A stretch of 48,975 bases of DNA, taken from the IMG/VR virus record IMGVR_UViG_3300023284_000573, positions 1 to 48,975 of that record, one strand, 5' to 3'. Source of the DNA: a virus. Positions 41,937 through 48,975 of this stretch are shown here, one piece after another; the first letter of the stretch is position 1, and each line of letters starts with the position of its first letter. The position numbers and the translations under genes are program-made. The notes under the pieces were generated by a model. The model saw nothing but the letters and a program-made list of their open reading frames with translations. It was not told the origin of the DNA and made no database searches.

Positions 41937-42107
41937 ATGAAGAAATTTAATTATACAGTGAGGTTCCCCACAGAAGTTCCCGATGATCAGTGGTTGCTTC
42001 CGTTCGGCAACGATGGGTGGGAACTTGTATCTATTTTTCCTTATAGCCCTAAAGGAAAGCTGGGCGGGTTTAAATGTTATTTTAAAAAAGAGATTGGTAA
42101 TTTCTAA
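41937..42107 (+). CDS. Hypothetical micro-protein (56 aa), not in the ORF track
   Basis: Hand translation MKKFNYTVRFPTEVPDDQWLLPFGNDGWELVSIFPYSPKGKLGGFKCYFKKEIGNF. SD GGAGAT upstream. Confidence 0.45.
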   Translation: MKKFNYTVRFPTEVPDDQWLLPFGNDGWELVSIFPYSPKGKLGGFKCYFKKEIGNF

Positions 42108-42133
42108 CCCCTTAACCTAATGGAGTAAATAAT

Positions 42134-42265
42134 ATGAAAGAAGCAAAAGAATTTAAGACCGCCTGTGAACTGTTAAAAGAGGTTTATGACCACGGGGAAA
42201 ACTTTAACCTACATGATAAGATTAGAAATTTCTTAATCAAGCACAATATCCCCATACAGGAGTAA
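42134..42265 (+). CDS. Hypothetical micro-protein (43 aa), not in the ORF track
   Basis: Hand translation MKEAKEFKTACELLKEVYDHGENFNLHDKIRNFLIKHNIPIQE. Conserved GGAGTAAATAATATG initiation region. Confidence 0.45.
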   Translation: MKEAKEFKTACELLKEVYDHGENFNLHDKIRNFLIKHNIPIQE

Positions 42266-42270
42266 ATAAT

Positions 42271-42600
42271 ATGCTATCAATAAAAGAAATAACAACCCAT
42301 GAAATTATGATGAAAGCTCTTGTCCTTGAGTACATTGAAGAAAGTTTAAAGTCTTATTGCGACGAAGCCGAAGAAACTCCTTTGGGCCAAGTTTTTGACC
42401 AAGCCAAGGCTTATGTCTCCCTTGTAGAGAAGATTGAAGCAATCAAATGTGGGCCATTCTTTTATGAACAAACCGAGGAAATGGTTGAGCTTAAAAATAT
42501 AGGCTATATGCGGGCAATCCGAACCATCAGGGATTACTTACCGCATGAGCCAACAAAGAAACCGCCTCGGGGCTTCGGCAATTTACTGGTAAAACCATGA
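42271..42600 (+). CDS. Hypothetical protein (109 aa)
   Basis: Same GGAGTAAATAATATG initiation region. Confidence 0.55.
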   Translation: MLSIKEITTHEIMMKALVLEYIEESLKSYCDEAEETPLGQVFDQAKAYVSLVEKIEAIKCGPFFYEQTEEMVELKNIGYMRAIRTIRDYLPHEPTKKPPRGFGNLLVKP

Positions 42601-42692
42601 TAGAGTTTATAACCCAACATGCTATTAGCTTCGTGTTTATAACCTTCATGGTGCTTATGTTGCTGTCAATGTTACCACGAGATAGACAATGA
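42597..42692 (+). CDS. Possible TM micro-peptide (31 aa)
   Basis: Hand translation MIEFITQHAISFVFITFMVLMLLSMLPRDRQ. ATGA overlaps at both ends. Confidence 0.35.
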   Translation: MIEFITQHAISFVFITFMVLMLLSMLPRDRQ

Positions 42693-42874
42693 CCAGTGGC
42701 GGTAAACGTGAGGGCGCAGGGCGTAAGCGTAAGTACTTTGACGGAACCAAGGATGTGACCTTAACCTGGCCTCCCCTTGCTATCCTTAAAGCCAAAGAGG
42801 AAGCTGAAGCAAGAGGGCTAACCCTTAGCGAACATATCCTTATTAAATTGTTTGGCCGCAGGTTTCACAAGTAG
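42689..42874 (+). CDS. Small basic protein with a GGKREGAGRK motif, possibly RHH-like
   Basis: N-terminal GGKREGAGRKRK, then a strand-helix pattern. Last gene of the operon. Confidence 0.5.
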   Translation: MTSGGKREGAGRKRKYFDGTKDVTLTWPPLAILKAKEEAEARGLTLSEHILIKLFGRRFHK

Positions 42875-42919
42875 AACCGCTTTAGGCCCGCAAATAGAAC
42901 CAGTTGTGTATTCTGTCAA

Positions 42920-43114
42920 TTATCGCCTGATTGTAACCGGACAAATTGTTAAATTGCTAACATTGATAGCCACGGTTCCAAATGTGCAGGAGTAGAAGCA
43001 TATCTTCGTCAGGCCGCTTGTAAACTCTCGCTGGTAGTAACAGACCTCGGAAGCGCTAACGGTTGCTGACGGCGCTAATATCAAGAGGAAAAGGCTGATT
43101 AAAAAGATTCTCAT
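42920..43114 (-). CDS. Secreted Cys-rich small protein (64 aa)
   Basis: Signal peptide MRIFLISLFLLILAPSATVSASE. The mature part of about 41 aa has 5 Cys. Confidence 0.55.
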   Translation of the reverse strand: MRIFLISLFLLILAPSATVSASEVCYYQREFTSGLTKICFYSCTFGTVAINVSNLTICPVTIRR

Positions 43115-44586
43115 AACATCTCCGTCCAGTTTGCTGAAACCACGACATCAGAAGTATTGCCAGCCAAGGCTTCAGCAGTAATTGTAATATGAGTGCCAGG
43201 GAAAACAAACATATCCATTGAGGTAGTTTCAATTATCTGGGTGTCGGTTTTGCCCATACTGAATGCGAATAGTTCTGTACCTCCTGTGCTTGAAGTGGCC
43301 GAAGTATCCTCCTGCATCACAGATGTATTAGTAGAAACATCGCTCCAGCTTGAAGCCACCAAAAGGGGGTTAAGCAATACTCTTATTTTAACAGCGTTAA
43401 CTGCATCGGTAGAAACTGAAAGCGTCTGTATCTTGACTCTTGTCCGGTTAATCTCAGACTGATAAACAACCTTGTTTCTGACGGATAAAATCGGGACTTC
43501 TGTAGTGCCAACATCAGTGTTAGTTCCACTTGTGCCCGTTAAAACCCCTAGTTCCTGATCTCTGCCTTCAACAAAACCCGCCATCGAAGATGATTGTAAA
43601 ACAATATCCGTAGTATTTGAAGTATTGGTAGCCACCATACAAATAGGCAACGTAGGGTTTTGTAATGAAGGGCTGGTGTTTATGTTGCTAAATTCTATTT
43701 TGTGAACCACCTGGAAATTACCTGTTACTGAATTCTCAATAAAATAAGTAATCATTCCAAACCCGAGCCACTGATAACGAATCTGGTAAACATTGCCCTT
43801 GGTCGGGTCGAGTATCATTTCGGATGGCCCAGAACCATCCATTTTGTCAACGTTCCAGTTGGGCTGTGTTACATCAGTGACTGTTCTTGTAACCCCAGCA
43901 AGGGTTTGGGCAAACGCCCCCACAGCCGTAGTTGCAGAACTCAAACTGTATGTCCCTGTTTTGGCCCCATCGTCCCATGAGATAAATATAACCGTGTCTC
44001 CAACAGCTTCTGTCGTCCATCCGGTTCCTGTCGTGGAATAATCAGCAGCGGAAATCTCATTAGCTGTCACTGTAACATCAGCACCATTAGTAACCGCCAC
44101 TGTCGCTAAAGCATCACCATCAAGGGTAATTGTAATGTTTTCGGCAGTCGAGGATTTGGTAGTAACCGTTAAAGTTCTTACTTCCGGTTTGCCCTTCTCA
44201 ACCCGCCTTGCTACAAAATCAACCCCGCTATAGCCAAAAAAGAAGCCATCAAACTCATCGCCCACCCCAACAATTTGAGATGAATTGGCAACGCCTCTGG
44301 TAAAGACAGCCGTGCCTCTGTAGAGCCCTCCCTGTCCTGGGTTGTATTTAATCGGAACTTTGGACAGAATTTGAGAGCTTTGATTAGCTGAAGCACCCGT
44401 AGACAGGCTTACAAGCCCACCTGAAACAGAAGCCGTTCCTCCGTTGTCCCTTACATCCACAATCTGTGTGTTTAGGTTATATGGGAAGCTTATCTGTACA
44501 ACAGGAGTAGCCTCTGCAACCGACAGTTCCCCGAAAGAAGTCTTGGGGGTAGGAGGCTCCTTCCTCCCACGGATAAAGGTCATCAT
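43111..44586 (-). CDS. Beta-rich T/S/G-rich protein (491 aa), virion or receptor-binding candidate
   Basis: FGELSVAEATPVVQISFPY... jelly-roll-like N-terminus. ATGA coupling to the downstream ORF. Confidence 0.55.
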   Translation of the reverse strand: MMTFIRGRKEPPTPKTSFGELSVAEATPVVQISFPYNLNTQIVDVRDNGGTASVSGGLVSLSTGASANQSSQILSKVPIKYNPGQGGLYRGTAVFTRGVANSSQIVGVGDEFDGFFFGYSGVDFVARRVEKGKPEVRTLTVTTKSSTAENITITLDGDALATVAVTNGADVTVTANEISAADYSTTGTGWTTEAVGDTVIFISWDDGAKTGTYSLSSATTAVGAFAQTLAGVTRTVTDVTQPNWNVDKMDGSGPSEMILDPTKGNVYQIRYQWLGFGMITYFIENSVTGNFQVVHKIEFSNINTSPSLQNPTLPICMVATNTSNTTDIVLQSSSMAGFVEGRDQELGVLTGTSGTNTDVGTTEVPILSVRNKVVYQSEINRTRVKIQTLSVSTDAVNAVKIRVLLNPLLVASSWSDVSTNTSVMQEDTSATSSTGGTELFAFSMGKTDTQIIETTSMDMFVFPGTHITITAEALAGNTSDVVVSANWTEML

Positions 44587-44625
44587 AGGTTTTCCCTATT
44601 GTTTTTATCACTTCTCTACGGAAGT

Positions 44626-44763
44626 TTATTTTTCTTGGTCGTCTAATCTTTCTTTTTTGCTTTCAAGAGCCAAGGCAACGCGCTCAAGTGTTTTGTTCAA
44701 ATTGTCAAAAACCTCGATGAGTCTGTCGCCCTGTTGTTTAGTCAGTGAGCCGTTTGGGTTCAT
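44626..44763 (-). CDS. Coiled-coil micro-protein (45 aa), not in the ORF track
   Basis: Hand translation MNPNGSLTKQQGDRLIEVFDNLNKTLERVALALESKKERLDDQEK. TAATG overlap with the upstream stop. Confidence 0.4.
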   Translation of the reverse strand: MNPNGSLTKQQGDRLIEVFDNLNKTLERVALALESKKERLDDQEK

Positions 44764-45731
44764 TATACTGCAAGTGCGTCTGCAACCGTATCGACTTCCT
44801 GAGAAATAAATACAGCACCATGGTTAGTGGTTTCAACAGCAGTTCCTCCCTTTGTAGTACAATTCCACAATAGAACATCGCCGCCAGCAGCAGCTACAAC
44901 ATCAAGTAATTCAGCCATAGCTGTCCCGCCGCCCTGAATGTCGTTCCAGAACACACAGTTCTTGAAGATACAGAAGCGGTCAATACCACCCGTTCCAATC
45001 AATAGTAAATTGGGAGAAGTACCATCGGTTCTCGCAAAGATCATGCAGTCTTCAAAGACATTCCTTGTCGAAGCACCATCAATTTCAATCTCGGCAGAGA
45101 TAGCATCACCTCTTGCGATAGTATCAAGACCAATTGCACAATGCTTGAAGAAATGCTCACCATTACCGGAACCACCAGTAATCTTCAGAGAGCGCATCCC
45201 TGCATTGTCAGCACCAGTAGCGTTGCCACCACCAGCAATGTGACAGTTGATAAAGACATCTCTCTCACCAGTGATTTCAACACAGATATTAGCAGCATCC
45301 GTGGAGAAGTCCTGAAACAGATGAAGGTTCGAGAACATACACCCACTAGCACTGACTGTCATAATCGGCGTAACAGCACTCGTTGAGCTAGCTGTTGATA
45401 TTCTTGCCCTTTGAGCAATAAAGCCCGGAGCAGCTATACCAATCAGATGTGTAGCGTTCTTTGACCATACTAGTGTTGCTGTTTCTCTGGCTGTGCCCGA
45501 GGTAGCACCGTTGCCAATAAGGTAAACAACATCGTTTCTCCCAGCATTGCATTTTGTATGAGCTGTCGATAGCTTGGCAAGAGGGGCGCTTGGGTCGGTC
45601 CCAAGATTGCTATCAGAGCCACGGGCGGGATCAACAAAAAAAACCTGAGAATCCTGACCGAACAAGGCCTGACCCGGCAAAACCGGGACGCCAAAGCTCG
45701 TTATTCCGTTTTGGAAGTTTGTTAAAGGCAT
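44763..45731 (-). CDS. Right-handed beta-helix (pectate-lyase-fold) protein, tailspike/depolymerase-like
   Basis: FFVDPARGSDSNLGTDPSAPLAKLSTA, then repeated short turns rich in N, C, G and hydrophobic residues (INCHIAGGG, FKHCAIG, FEDCMIF, FKNCVFW, LWNCTTKGG). Confidence 0.6.
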   Translation of the reverse strand: MPLTNFQNGITSFGVPVLPGQALFGQDSQVFFVDPARGSDSNLGTDPSAPLAKLSTAHTKCNAGRNDVVYLIGNGATSGTARETATLVWSKNATHLIGIAAPGFIAQRARISTASSTSAVTPIMTVSASGCMFSNLHLFQDFSTDAANICVEITGERDVFINCHIAGGGNATGADNAGMRSLKITGGSGNGEHFFKHCAIGLDTIARGDAISAEIEIDGASTRNVFEDCMIFARTDGTSPNLLLIGTGGIDRFCIFKNCVFWNDIQGGGTAMAELLDVVAAAGGDVLLWNCTTKGGTAVETTNHGAVFISQEVDTVADALAV

Positions 45732-45780
45732 ACTTTTCTCCTATGAGCCGTCTGTGCGGCCCCTTGAGTGTTCATATTTC

Positions 45781-45807
45781 AAAGAAAAAGGGCCGTGAAT
45801 TGGCCCT
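45781..45807 (-). terminator. Intrinsic terminator ending the leftward early operon
   Basis: On the minus strand: AGGGCC, aattcac loop, GGCCCT, followed by TTTTTCTTT. Confidence 0.6.
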
Positions 45808-45853
45808 GTGGGTAAAGAAATCGGTATTTTAGATTAATTTAAGCGATTCTTGT

Positions 45854-46333
45854 CTAATCTGTCCATTTTGTCAAGAAGGTTTTTTTATTAAGTTCATCCA
45901 CTATACGGCTCATGCCTCTTTTATACCGATTGATTACTGTCTGTCTTGACCGACAACCGGGGGCTATCTTCTTTTGCACAATACCCCATCTGGGCGGGTC
46001 TATACCTAGTATTTTCATTCTAAGGACCACTCCGATAACCTTTCTTTCTTTTGGTTTCGCGTAGAAAGTCCAACCCATACAATCATAGGCCATATCTATT
46101 CCCTTTTGGGTTATGTCATTTAACCGGGCTGTATCCAGTCTAGTGCTAACCCCAACATCCTCAAGGAAATCATCGTAATATTCTGTTCCTCTTTCTCTTA
46201 AGGTCTCTGGCATTGATGCAACTGTACCGCTTTTCAAGTAGGCCATTTCTTTGTTGGGCATCGCTTCAATTGTTTGAATGCTGTTGATAAGCCGTTCTTC
46301 AACATATTCGAAATCATACCAGAAAAACTTCAT
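45854..46333 (-). CDS. Possible transcription regulator (159 aa) with a C-terminal HTH-like segment
   Basis: SRQTVINRYKRGMSRIVDELNKK resembles a sigma region 4 or LuxR-type helix pair. Last gene before the terminator. Confidence 0.4.
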   Translation of the reverse strand: MKFFWYDFEYVEERLINSIQTIEAMPNKEMAYLKSGTVASMPETLRERGTEYYDDFLEDVGVSTRLDTARLNDITQKGIDMAYDCMGWTFYAKPKERKVIGVVLRMKILGIDPPRWGIVQKKIAPGCRSRQTVINRYKRGMSRIVDELNKKTFLTKWTD

Positions 46334-46527
46334 GTTTTGTAAACCTTGTCATAAGTGCGCTGGGCAGCCTTCAGCATCATTTTAATTATAGGTTTGCTTC
46401 TATTGAAAGCGTGGATACTGTAACTCTTGCCGCCGAAGACCACAAACAATCCCATATAATTTTTATCTTTAATGTTTTTGTCCACAACATTCTGGATTTC
46501 TTCACCTTCTGTCATTTCCTCTTTCAT
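46330..46527 (-). CDS. Hypothetical protein (65 aa)
   Basis: ATGA coupling. Confidence 0.5.
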   Translation of the reverse strand: MKEEMTEGEEIQNVVDKNIKDKNYMGLFVVFGGKSYSIHAFNRSKPIIKMMLKAAQRTYDKVYKT

Positions 46528-46853
46528 CCTTCCCCCTCTTGGTGTTCCTCTTTAGGTGGAGTTATGGGCTGCCATTTGGAAACTGAATTGGTGTAATCGG
46601 CCCCTTTTCTGTACCATTTCCCTCCTTCAAAGCAGACAACGGCAAAGGCCACCCCGCCATTTAACTCAACCAAATGATCGCCGTCTCCCGGCCACGTTGT
46701 TTCATCCTCTGGATCAAAAGGACGGGGTATGGAGTTAAGAGCGAGGTCAAAAACATTGCGAAACCCTTTATGATAGTTCATGTGCTGGTCTGCGGGCCAC
46801 TTTTCACATAGTAACGCCCAGGTTTCCTCAATCTGTTCCCTTGTTAGTGTCAT
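46524..46853 (-). CDS. Hypothetical protein (109 aa)
   Basis: ATGA coupling. Confidence 0.55.
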   Translation of the reverse strand: MTLTREQIEETWALLCEKWPADQHMNYHKGFRNVFDLALNSIPRPFDPEDETTWPGDGDHLVELNGGVAFAVVCFEGGKWYRKGADYTNSVSKWQPITPPKEEHQEGEG

Positions 46854-46993
46854 TGTTTGGGTTCCTTAAAACGTTTTTTAAATTGTTCTAAACACCTGTC
46901 GGCCCATTCTGCGGGGACTTCTTTCATCGAAGATTTGTCGGCAGTGGCACACCAAGCCCGCAACCAAACTTCTTGTTCACTTAGTTTTTTCAT
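46850..46993 (-). CDS. Hypothetical micro-protein (47 aa), not in the ORF track
   Basis: Hand translation MKKLSEQEVWLRAWCATADKSSMKEVPAEWADRCLEQFKKRFKEPKQ. ATGA overlap downstream. Confidence 0.4.
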   Translation of the reverse strand: MKKLSEQEVWLRAWCATADKSSMKEVPAEWADRCLEQFKKRFKEPKQ

Positions 46994-47183
46994 TTTTTGG
47001 CCACCCCATAATTTTATATTTTATGAAGTCACCTATCCTTGCGGCGACTTTACAATTTTCCCGGTCTTTCCCATAAGTCGTGACATGTTCACCGCCCCCT
47101 ACTTCCCGGCCAATAATCACCACTTGATCGTATCCGTACTTTTGAGAAATGGCTTTCCCTGCACTAATTGGAATTGGCTTCAT
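46977..47183 (-). CDS. Hypothetical protein (68 aa)
   Basis: ATGA coupling upstream. Confidence 0.5.
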   Translation of the reverse strand: MKPIPISAGKAISQKYGYDQVVIIGREVGGGEHVTTYGKDRENCKVAARIGDFIKYKIMGWPKNEKTK

Positions 47184-47335
47184 CTCTTGTCTCCATTGTC
47201 CTTGGCCGGGCTAAATAAATTCACGATTTCATATTCACCCAAAATTCCCTCAGCTATTAGCAATTGTAAAATGGTCATGAAGTTTCTGTCGGCTTCCTCA
47301 TTCCCGGTTTCAGTGATTATAATTTTCTTAATCAT
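47180..47335 (-). CDS. Hypothetical micro-protein (51 aa), not in the ORF track
   Basis: Hand translation MIKKIIITETGNEEADRNFMTILQLLIAEGILGEYEIVNLFSPAKDNGDKR. ATGA overlaps at both ends. Confidence 0.4.
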   Translation of the reverse strand: MIKKIIITETGNEEADRNFMTILQLLIAEGILGEYEIVNLFSPAKDNGDKR

Positions 47336-47589
47336 CCCCCACCCCCTTCCTTAATGATGGCATTCACACGACTGCGGAACCCTTCAAACCCCTGCTTTAG
47401 AAATGGGTGGTATCCATCTTCCATCGGCTCTATCTTCCCTATGGCCTCTACTATGTTGTGGAGGGTGAAAGCATCCTCAAGAACTCTTCCATAAAGCGTA
47501 GTCGCCCCTTCCTCCAAGACATGAGGGTTAATTTGGCCCTTGCTGAGTTTAATTACTTCTTTCCGTGTCGTTCTCATCGCACTGTCCAC
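47332..47589 (-). CDS. Hypothetical protein (85 aa)
   Basis: Operon ORF. Confidence 0.5.
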   Translation of the reverse strand: MDSAMRTTRKEVIKLSKGQINPHVLEEGATTLYGRVLEDAFTLHNIVEAIGKIEPMEDGYHPFLKQGFEGFRSRVNAIIKEGGGG

Positions 47590-47720
47590 ATTAAAAACCC
47601 GAACACGGCCACCGCGCTCAGAACAATGATCTCAGGCACAACCATTAAGATCATTACCACAGCGACAAAAACAGCTAGCGTTTCTAAAATGCCGAAAAAT
47701 ACTTGCGTTAGTTCATTCAT
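47574..47720 (-). CDS. Two-TM micro-protein (48 aa)
   Basis: The start is set at MNELTQVFFGILETLAVFVAVVMILMVVPEIIVLSAVAVFGFLMW. The track's N-terminal extension overlaps the paralog B gene. Confidence 0.45.
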   Translation of the reverse strand: MNELTQVFFGILETLAVFVAVVMILMVVPEIIVLSAVAVFGFLMWTVR

Positions 47721-47913
47721 GTTTCTTCTCCACTGTTTGCTCAGGAAATATGGTGTTAAAACAATCATCACAAACGCTGGCGCACTCTGACAAAGGAATG
47801 TCACCAAAAAGAGCCTCTAATTCATCCTGTTTATCTTTCTCAGACCACTCATCCTGCGACAAATGTTCAAAAACACCGCCGCAATACTCACATTTGAATT
47901 CGTTCTGTTTCAT
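47713..47913 (-). CDS. Zn-ribbon-like small protein, paralog B of 6217-6411
   Basis: NEFKCEYCGGVFEH..EWSEKDKQDEL..LFGDIPLSECASVCDDCF. Confidence 0.65.
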   Translation of the reverse strand: MKQNEFKCEYCGGVFEHLSQDEWSEKDKQDELEALFGDIPLSECASVCDDCFNTIFPEQTVEKKHE

Positions 47914-48032
47914 TTCTTAACCTCTCCACAGTCGGGGCATGGGCGTTTTTGCCGAACAGTGGTCAGGGTGTCATACTTGAATTGGCTTTTTTCAATCCAT
48001 CCCGTCCCATTACAGGTTTTACATTTAGCCAT
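47910..48032 (-). CDS. DnaJ-type CxxCxGxG Zn-finger micro-protein (40 aa), not in the ORF track
   Basis: Hand translation MAKCKTCNGTGWIEKSQFKYDTLTTVRQKRPCPDCGEVKK. ATGA overlap downstream. Confidence 0.5.
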   Translation of the reverse strand: MAKCKTCNGTGWIEKSQFKYDTLTTVRQKRPCPDCGEVKK

Positions 48033-48327
48033 CGTCGTCTCCTTGGTGTTGGTGGGGGAAAATAACGTCTTTGCGGAAATCGGTTTCTAGGTAGGCGACA
48101 ATATCTTCATTGGGAATTGTCTCGCCTTTTCCTGTCTTCCACGCCACGATTGGCTTGTCGTTTATTTTGTCAACCTGTTCCCGATAGGCAAAACGCTTTT
48201 CTCCGCCAACTAAAATCACTTCCCAAACATAAACATCCCAATTAAATCCAACATTTTCTTTGGGAGAAAACCATCTCGTTCTTTCAACATGAATTTGAAT
48301 ATCTTCAATCACGCCGCTTCTCCCCAT
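48025..48327 (-). CDS. Hypothetical protein (100 aa)
   Basis: Operon ORF. Confidence 0.55.
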   Translation of the reverse strand: MGRSGVIEDIQIHVERTRWFSPKENVGFNWDVYVWEVILVGGEKRFAYREQVDKINDKPIVAWKTGKGETIPNEDIVAYLETDFRKDVIFPHQHQGDDDG

Positions 48328-48452
48328 ATTTCATTTGCTATCAGGATGTTGCCAGCGAGTTTCATTTCTCTCCGTGGTGCATCGTACTCTGGGAACGGAG
48401 ATGGTGTGCTGGCGTCGTCCTGCGGGGTGGTAAATGGGTGTCTAAATATCAT
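48309..48452 (-). CDS. Hypothetical micro-protein (47 aa), not in the ORF track
   Basis: Hand translation MIFRHPFTTPQDDASTPSPFPEYDAPRREMKLAGNILIANEIWGEAA. It overlaps the RuvC stop and the next start. Confidence 0.35.
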   Translation of the reverse strand: MIFRHPFTTPQDDASTPSPFPEYDAPRREMKLAGNILIANEIWGEAA

Positions 48453-48924
48453 TTGAACCTCCAAGTAGTTGCCAAAGTCCATAAAGAGCTATCAATGAAG
48501 CTTCCGCCCGTCCATCATCCTTAACTCTCGAATACATACACGAATTATCGGGGAACAGTTCACAAGCCCTTTCTCTAGCTGTGTCTTTTGAGCCTCCGGC
48601 AATGCCCATAACTTTCTTCCATTTTGGTGGCGTAACCATTGTTACAGGGATTCTCTTGCAAGCAATTATACCTCTTAGGCCCCCACAAACATAACCAAAC
48701 TTGAACATAGAAGCCGTTCCTTGTTTTGGCATAGCCCCCACTTTCTCGATAAAACAATGATCTAAATCTGGCAGCAAACTAATATTGGAAGCACACTCGG
48801 ACCAATTCACCTCTCTGCCGCGCGACCTTGCCTTAAACGTAGGAATCGAAAACAATGTAACGGTTTTGCCATTAGTGGCAGCTACTGCGCCTCCGAGCCC
48901 CGGATCAATCCCACCTACCCACAT
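48442..48924 (-). CDS. ruvC: RuvC-like Holliday junction resolvase
   Basis: GIDPGLGG (catalytic Asp), FIEKV (Glu) and DDGRAEASLIA (Asp) occur in RuvC order. 160 aa. The N-terminus lies in the terminal repeat. Confidence 0.8.
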   Translation of the reverse strand: MWVGGIDPGLGGAVAATNGKTVTLFSIPTFKARSRGREVNWSECASNISLLPDLDHCFIEKVGAMPKQGTASMFKFGYVCGGLRGIIACKRIPVTMVTPPKWKKVMGIAGGSKDTARERACELFPDNSCMYSRVKDDGRAEASLIALYGLWQLLGGSNDI

Positions 48925-48975
48925 CAGATTTTCTCCCCAAAGAAATTACGTTTTGCAATTTTATCCAAACCAAAA
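48832..48975. repeat. Terminal direct repeat copy 2, identical to 1-144
   Basis: Exact 144-nt identity with the window start. Confidence 0.95.

Noticed and set aside
45732-45790. Shared TTTGAA..GAAC element about 51-52 nt upstream of both the 45731 and 39286 start codons, as a possible late promoter
   Set aside because: Only 11 of 16 positions match. The 45.7-kb copy overlaps the terminator U-tract. No -10-like element follows either copy. It is kept only as a weak hypothesis.

Overview
The window is a complete tailed dsDNA phage genome. Nt 1-144 are identical to nt 48832-48975, so the unit length is 48,831 bp and the RuvC-like gene spans the junction. No tRNA, rRNA, CRISPR array, integrase, DNA polymerase or phage RNA polymerase was recognised. 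No tape-measure, tube or sheath gene was recognised either, so the layout looks podovirus-like. There are five transcription units. (1) A leftward early replication and recombination operon runs 3784 to 93, wraps to 48924, and ends at 45854. It carries a Cro-like HTH protein, DnaB, a DUF1376-like protein, a RuvC-like resolvase, many micro-ORFs and a possible regulator, and it ends at an intrinsic terminator. (2) A rightward early operon runs 3881-12394 and includes an Erf-type annealase and a Ref/HNH-like nuclease. (3) A roughly 27-kb leftward late operon runs 39286 to 12454. In transcription order it carries tiny hyper-basic ORFs, a fibre gene, a LamG-like gene, TerS, TerL, portal, scaffold, capsid, tail and fibre genes, a GNAT, an S74-domain protein, two large putative ejection proteins, membrane proteins, and a lysis cassette with an M15 endolysin. 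(4) A rightward array of small genes runs 40143-42874 and has a repeated intergenic motif. (5) An isolated leftward module at 45731 to 42920 carries a beta-helix gene and a 491-aa beta-rich protein. All functional calls rest on motifs read by eye and remembered family signatures, because no searches were run. The candidates most worth follow-up are: a polytopic membrane protein with an LRAT-like H-box/NC domain next to the lysis genes; an antimicrobial-peptide-like ORF overlapped within the lysis cassette; three abutting tiny arginine/lysine-rich ORFs; a GNAT and a poly-glycine protein inside the fibre cluster; the separately terminated beta-helix module; and several repeated regulatory motifs.
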